The notes under the pieces: generated by a model | Database searches by the model: none | What the model was told of the DNA's origin: nothing | Seen by the model: the letters and a program-made list of their open reading frames with translations, nothing else | In this document: positions 59,746 to 64,000 of the stretch, one piece after another | Numbering within the stretch: the stretch's first letter is position 1 | Layout: every line of letters starts with the position of its first letter | Assembly (NCBI RefSeq): GCF_964188315.1 | Contig: NC_135659.1 | Span: 75,268,001 to 75,332,000, forward strand | Direction: 5' to 3' | Source of the DNA: Podarcis muralis | Lineage: Eukaryota | Length of the DNA stretch: 64,000 nucleotides | Translations under genes and position numbers: made by a program

Positions 59746-60956
59746 TATAGGGAAATTGCTTTTCCAAAAAAATGTGATAGTTAGGCAAAGCAATTGGGGC
59801 TCCACCAAGGAAGGAGAGGCTAAATCACTGACAACCAAAGGATGCAGAGCAAAGGCAGCCCAAGGAATTCCAAGTTCTGCATGTTGATACGCCTGGGATT
59901 GTCTGTTATTGGCCTCTGTTGGAAACAGCATGCCTTGCTTGCTGCTAATACAATAAACACATTAATACAACCCAGCAGGCTTTTTCTGTTAGTTGGCCAT
60001 ACTAGAATGTAACAGAATCTTGGAATTGAGTGTGGGTGGGTGTATGTCTAACAAAACAAACATAAGATTATATGACACATAGATATTATTATATAGCTAT
60101 CAATGTGCTTGAGTAAGCAATGCAAGCAAAACATACAGTTGGGTGCCTTAAGCAGTTTATCATTTAAATTTTGATAGATAAGAAAGCAGAGGATGTAGCA
60201 CAAAGTGATAGGCAAAGGCAATGGGAGTTGTTTTAGTTGTGTGTTGGGGACAAAGAGTTTAAGCTGAATATTCATAGGAGTCTTATCAACTTCTCTGAAT
60301 TTTGCAAACTAGTTCTTCAACCAAGTGATGTGTTAAAAAGGTTGCACATAATAAAGTGTGCATAAAAATGCATATATCAGTGATAATAGCATACAAAAGT
60401 GCATGAAATTAGGGGAAATTGCTTTGTAAAAATGTGCATATTAGGGGAAATTGCATACAATCTTGTGACTGTTAGGAGACATTTGCAGTAAAATGCTGAT
60501 GAGCTTTCAAGAGGACTTTAAAAAATAAAATACGATCACAAACTGATGTGGCAATGTGGAGAACTGAGCTTAAAATTTGAAAAATGTTGCTCTTTGTATA
60601 AATAAGTGTAAACAATAAGCTATATGAACGGGGAAAGTGGAAAAATGAGAAACTGAAAGAAACCAAAGTGGACAGATTCACCCATCCTTGTCATAGTGAC
60701 CCAAGGCACATTGCCCCTCCTGATTTTTTAAAAAATACATTTGGTGGGGAAGTTCCAGCTTCTCACCCTCTTACTTCTTTCTCTTCAGAATGCCCCTCGG
60801 CCTCACAATGGTCCAGAGGCATTATCAGGATGGGAAAGGAAGAGACAGGGCTTTGTTTTCCAGACTGCCCAAACTGGTGGTGGCTGTTTTTTGTGTGTGT
60901 GTTTTTAAGAAATAGAAAGAAAAGAGCATGGAGAAAAAGAAAAAAACCTGCTGCTT

Positions 60957-61080
60957 TATAGAATCATAGAACTGTAGAGTTGGAAGGGACCCCAAGGGTA
61001 ATCTAGTCCTACCACCTGCAGTGCAATAATCTTGCCCACAGACATCCTTGGGTGGGCTCGAACCACCAACCTTCTGGTTA
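60957..61080 (-). mobile_element. tRNA-head / CR1-tail SINE-like element
   Basis: The minus strand has ggtggttcgagccc (B box) followed by a CR1-type 3' end ttccaactctacagttctatgattcta. Confidence 0.65.
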
Positions 61081-63464
61081 CATTGATCCATTGTAAGTGT
61101 CAGAGGGGCAGGAGCTTCTGAGGGGTGCTGTAGAACACTGGGGAACGTTGCCTGTTTTCAAGTAGTGTGTGATTTTGTGTTGCTTTTATGTGTCTTGAAG
61201 GCAGGTAGAAGTGTTGTGTTGCATGGAGATTAGGAAGAAGGGCTGTGAGGGTATGAGAGTTGCTTGGGTCCATTTGGAATTTTAGGAGTAGGATGGAGGT
61301 ACCCATGACAATTTCCCAATTTTTGAAATATACCCATGGGCTGCAAACTATTGATGATCCCTGAAACAGAAGATGCACAGCACCAAAACTATGCAGATTG
61401 TCGGCTGGGATGACAGCAAAGAATTCCAAAGCTCACAATGAGCTTTTAGGAACATAGAAAGCTCTGCATTGTCTGTAGTGGATCTCCAAGGATTCCAGTG
61501 GAGATCTTCGCAAGCACTGCAAGATGCTAGGAAGTGAACCTGTGACCTTTTCCTGCAAAATATGGGCTCTACCACTATGGCTGATAGTCAATCACAAGGA
61601 AGCTAATAAATATGTGCTTTTCTGTTTCTGGAATGGAAGAATTGGGAATTGCTTGTGCAAACTTTAAGAATAATCAGCCCATTTGGTAATTTATAAAAGT
61701 TATTGTTGTGCATGCAAATTGCAACATACCAGTGTAAGTGAAAACTTAAGTGGGGAGTGGAAACATTATGAAGCATATATGAAAAAAAGGCTTTGCATTT
61801 TTTAAACCATGTGAATTGAGAACTCCTCTAATAATATTTATCAGCAGAAAAATCCCTGTAGCATCACTTGTCTGGGCTGCATCGGAATGTGTCAACATTC
61901 TGCCGCCTGCAATCTGCATTAGATCTAAGAGATTTGGTAAGACGAAATTTGGATCAAAGCAATTACCTTCATGGTGATTCTTTAGGGTTGTCTGAGGCAT
62001 AGCACTCAGAGAAATTGAACTGTCAGAAACTAATACGGGAATAATAAGGGGAGGACGTTTCATCTTCATTGGACACTAGAGATGAATAGCAGGTAACTTG
62101 CAGAGGGAGAGACCAAATAGAATATGTATTTGGCTTGAGTTTTTGTTAAAGGACTATAACACGAATAATGAATATATTAGGGAGAGAAGACAAGGCCTTC
62201 AATTTCTTTTAATAATGTTAGGGTTGTATATACTATATACTGGTTTTTGAATAAAACACATTTCAAAGGAAACACCTATACACAGCAATGCATTATGGAT
62301 GGCTCCTCTTGAGAAATCGTACCACGGCTTTCAATTTTAACACAGCGATACAGTAATAATAGAAAATTCGGGAGTAATATGCAGACGGCTTCTTTTTTTA
62401 ACCTTTATTATTCTCCGCTATGCTGAGTGAGCATCGATATGCTCTCTTGATGCTTCCTTCACCGGTCCGTGTTAAACAGCAGGAGCAGCAGCAGGAAGCC
62501 TGAAGGGCAGCTGGAGAGTTCCATCAAAGCCTTGTCAGAATCCCTCACAGCTGGAGACGAACACCCTCCCCGCATCTTGAGCATCAGTGTTGTGTGTGTG
62601 GTCAGAACTGTGATGTCTGAAGGAGGGAAAGCAAAATCTCAGAGGCCGGCTTCTCATTGTTGCAGTCAAAATGAACATTCACGCTACACCTCACATCCGC
62701 TATGAACCTGCCATTATCCATGAATCTTATGTTTTAGAATTGATTTTCTTTTGGGGCGAGGGGAATAATCCATTCTCCAGTTGCTTCAATCCCTAAAAGA
62801 ATGTATGTTTTCTGAGACCATCCCCACATATTGCTACATCATGCTAAGATGCTAAAGCTCCTCTTAGATGCGAAAAGGAAATTTAAAGCTCAGTGTATTC
62901 CCCGCCCGCCTTCTGCACAGATGTTTGTGTATCTGGGGAACCTTGCCATGTTTGAGTATTTTATATGCCTTTTTTTCCTCCAGGTGGCCGTCGCAAAGTG
63001 AGTTGTCGCATAATTGCAACGATCACTTTAGGCACCAATATATGCCTACTTTTTACAAAAAAAGCAGAAAAGGCAACTGTTCATTTTGAAGAAGCTGAAT
63101 TTCAGGGACGAGGAAACGGTGGTCCTCCAGCTGAGATTGCATTTCATCAGCCGCAGCCAGCACAGCCAATGGTCAAGGATTTATTTTATACAATTTTTCA
63201 TCTGAGCAACACCAGAGCAGTTCACAAAATACAGCAAGATAAAATACATATCTAAACAGAAAACCACTATAAAATCCCTCCTGCTGTAGCCAGTAATATA
63301 TCTTACTCCAAGCTGGAAATTAGTAGGCAACAACAACCTGGGTAAGTAAGTAGAGGACGGGTTTGTAGTCCAAGAACATATGGAGGGCCACAGGTTCCCA
63401 ACCCCAGCTTATCTGCTTCTTCTCTTTGCTCAGTGCAAGACAGTTCCTCAAAATCCCCATGAAA

Positions 63465-63625
63465 GACCATAGCTCTGTGGCAGGGAATCTGCCTTGTATG
63501 CAGAAAGATACAGGCTCAATCTCTGGCATCTCCAGAGAGGGTCAGGAAAAAAACTCCCTAGCTGAACGTCTCTGGAGAACCACTGCCAGTCACTGTAGGC
63601 AATACAGGGCTAAATGGACCCATAG
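63465..63625 (+). mobile_element. Old tRNA-derived SINE
   Basis: Homolog of 21700-21858. Confidence 0.6.
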
Positions 63626-63864
63626 GCAGTTGGGAGAGGGACTTGGCAGTTCACCCAGCTGTTTCGTCCCCGGTTCCTTTCTCTTGAGGGAAGAGATTTT
63701 TCACCCCATGCCAGCTCAAGATTTTGAAGCCTAATGTGAATCTCAGATATCACCCCAGAGTTCAAGTGGAGCCCTTCACCTTGCTAGGAGCAACACTTTA
63801 AGAAGTCATGCTACACCATTCATGCTATACCATATTGAGCATTTAGTACCAGTCCTGGCTGATT

Positions 63865-64000
63865 GCACTCACTGCCAATTAGTTTCTTATCCCAATTCAA
63901 AATGCTGGTTTTGACGTATAAATCCTTAAAAGGCTCATGACCAAAATACCTCAAGGACCGCCTCTCCCCACAAGAACCAACCGAGACCCTGTGATCATCA
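63865..64000 (+). mobile_element. Degraded L2 ORF2 fragment (runs off the window)
   Basis: Translates like LHSLPISFLSQFKMLVLTYKSLKG, matching the L2 HWLPV..QFKVLVLTFKALNG motif. Confidence 0.7.

Noticed and set aside
1-64000. CRISPR arrays, operons, rRNA or host protein-coding gene
   Set aside because: None seen. The dispersed repeats are TEs and the DNA is vertebrate intronic or intergenic in character.

Overview
Eukaryotic, AT-rich, repeat-dense genomic DNA with no recognisable host protein-coding exon. The repeat content (Sauria/Squam1- and Squam3-type SINEs, BovB, CR1, L2, many hAT and Tc1/mariner MITEs) points to a squamate, most likely a lacertid lizard; this is inference. Two large elements have uninterrupted ORFs. 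The first is a CR1 LINE (1872-5923, minus) with a Zn-finger/SGNH-esterase ORF1 and an APE-RT ORF2. The second is a 6.6-kb tyrosine-recombinase (YR) retrotransposon (10294-16895, minus) with Ngaro-type gene content: gag, RT-RNaseH without methyltransferase, YR and an SGNH hydrolase with a complete triad. The most interesting signal is the non-coding architecture of this YR family. I see neither split direct repeats nor long ITR/ICR. Instead it has 7-bp inverted termini that rebuild a palindromic circle junction around AAA, a terminal hairpin, and a multi-helix 3' domain. Two ORF-less units nearby share parts of this: 20315-21120 clearly, with compensatory base changes in the helices, and 29310-30488 more weakly. 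The YR and hydrolase ORFs lack an AUG ahead of their first structural elements and start at splice-acceptor-like sites. There is one 344-nt assembly gap. All calls are by eye, without database searches.
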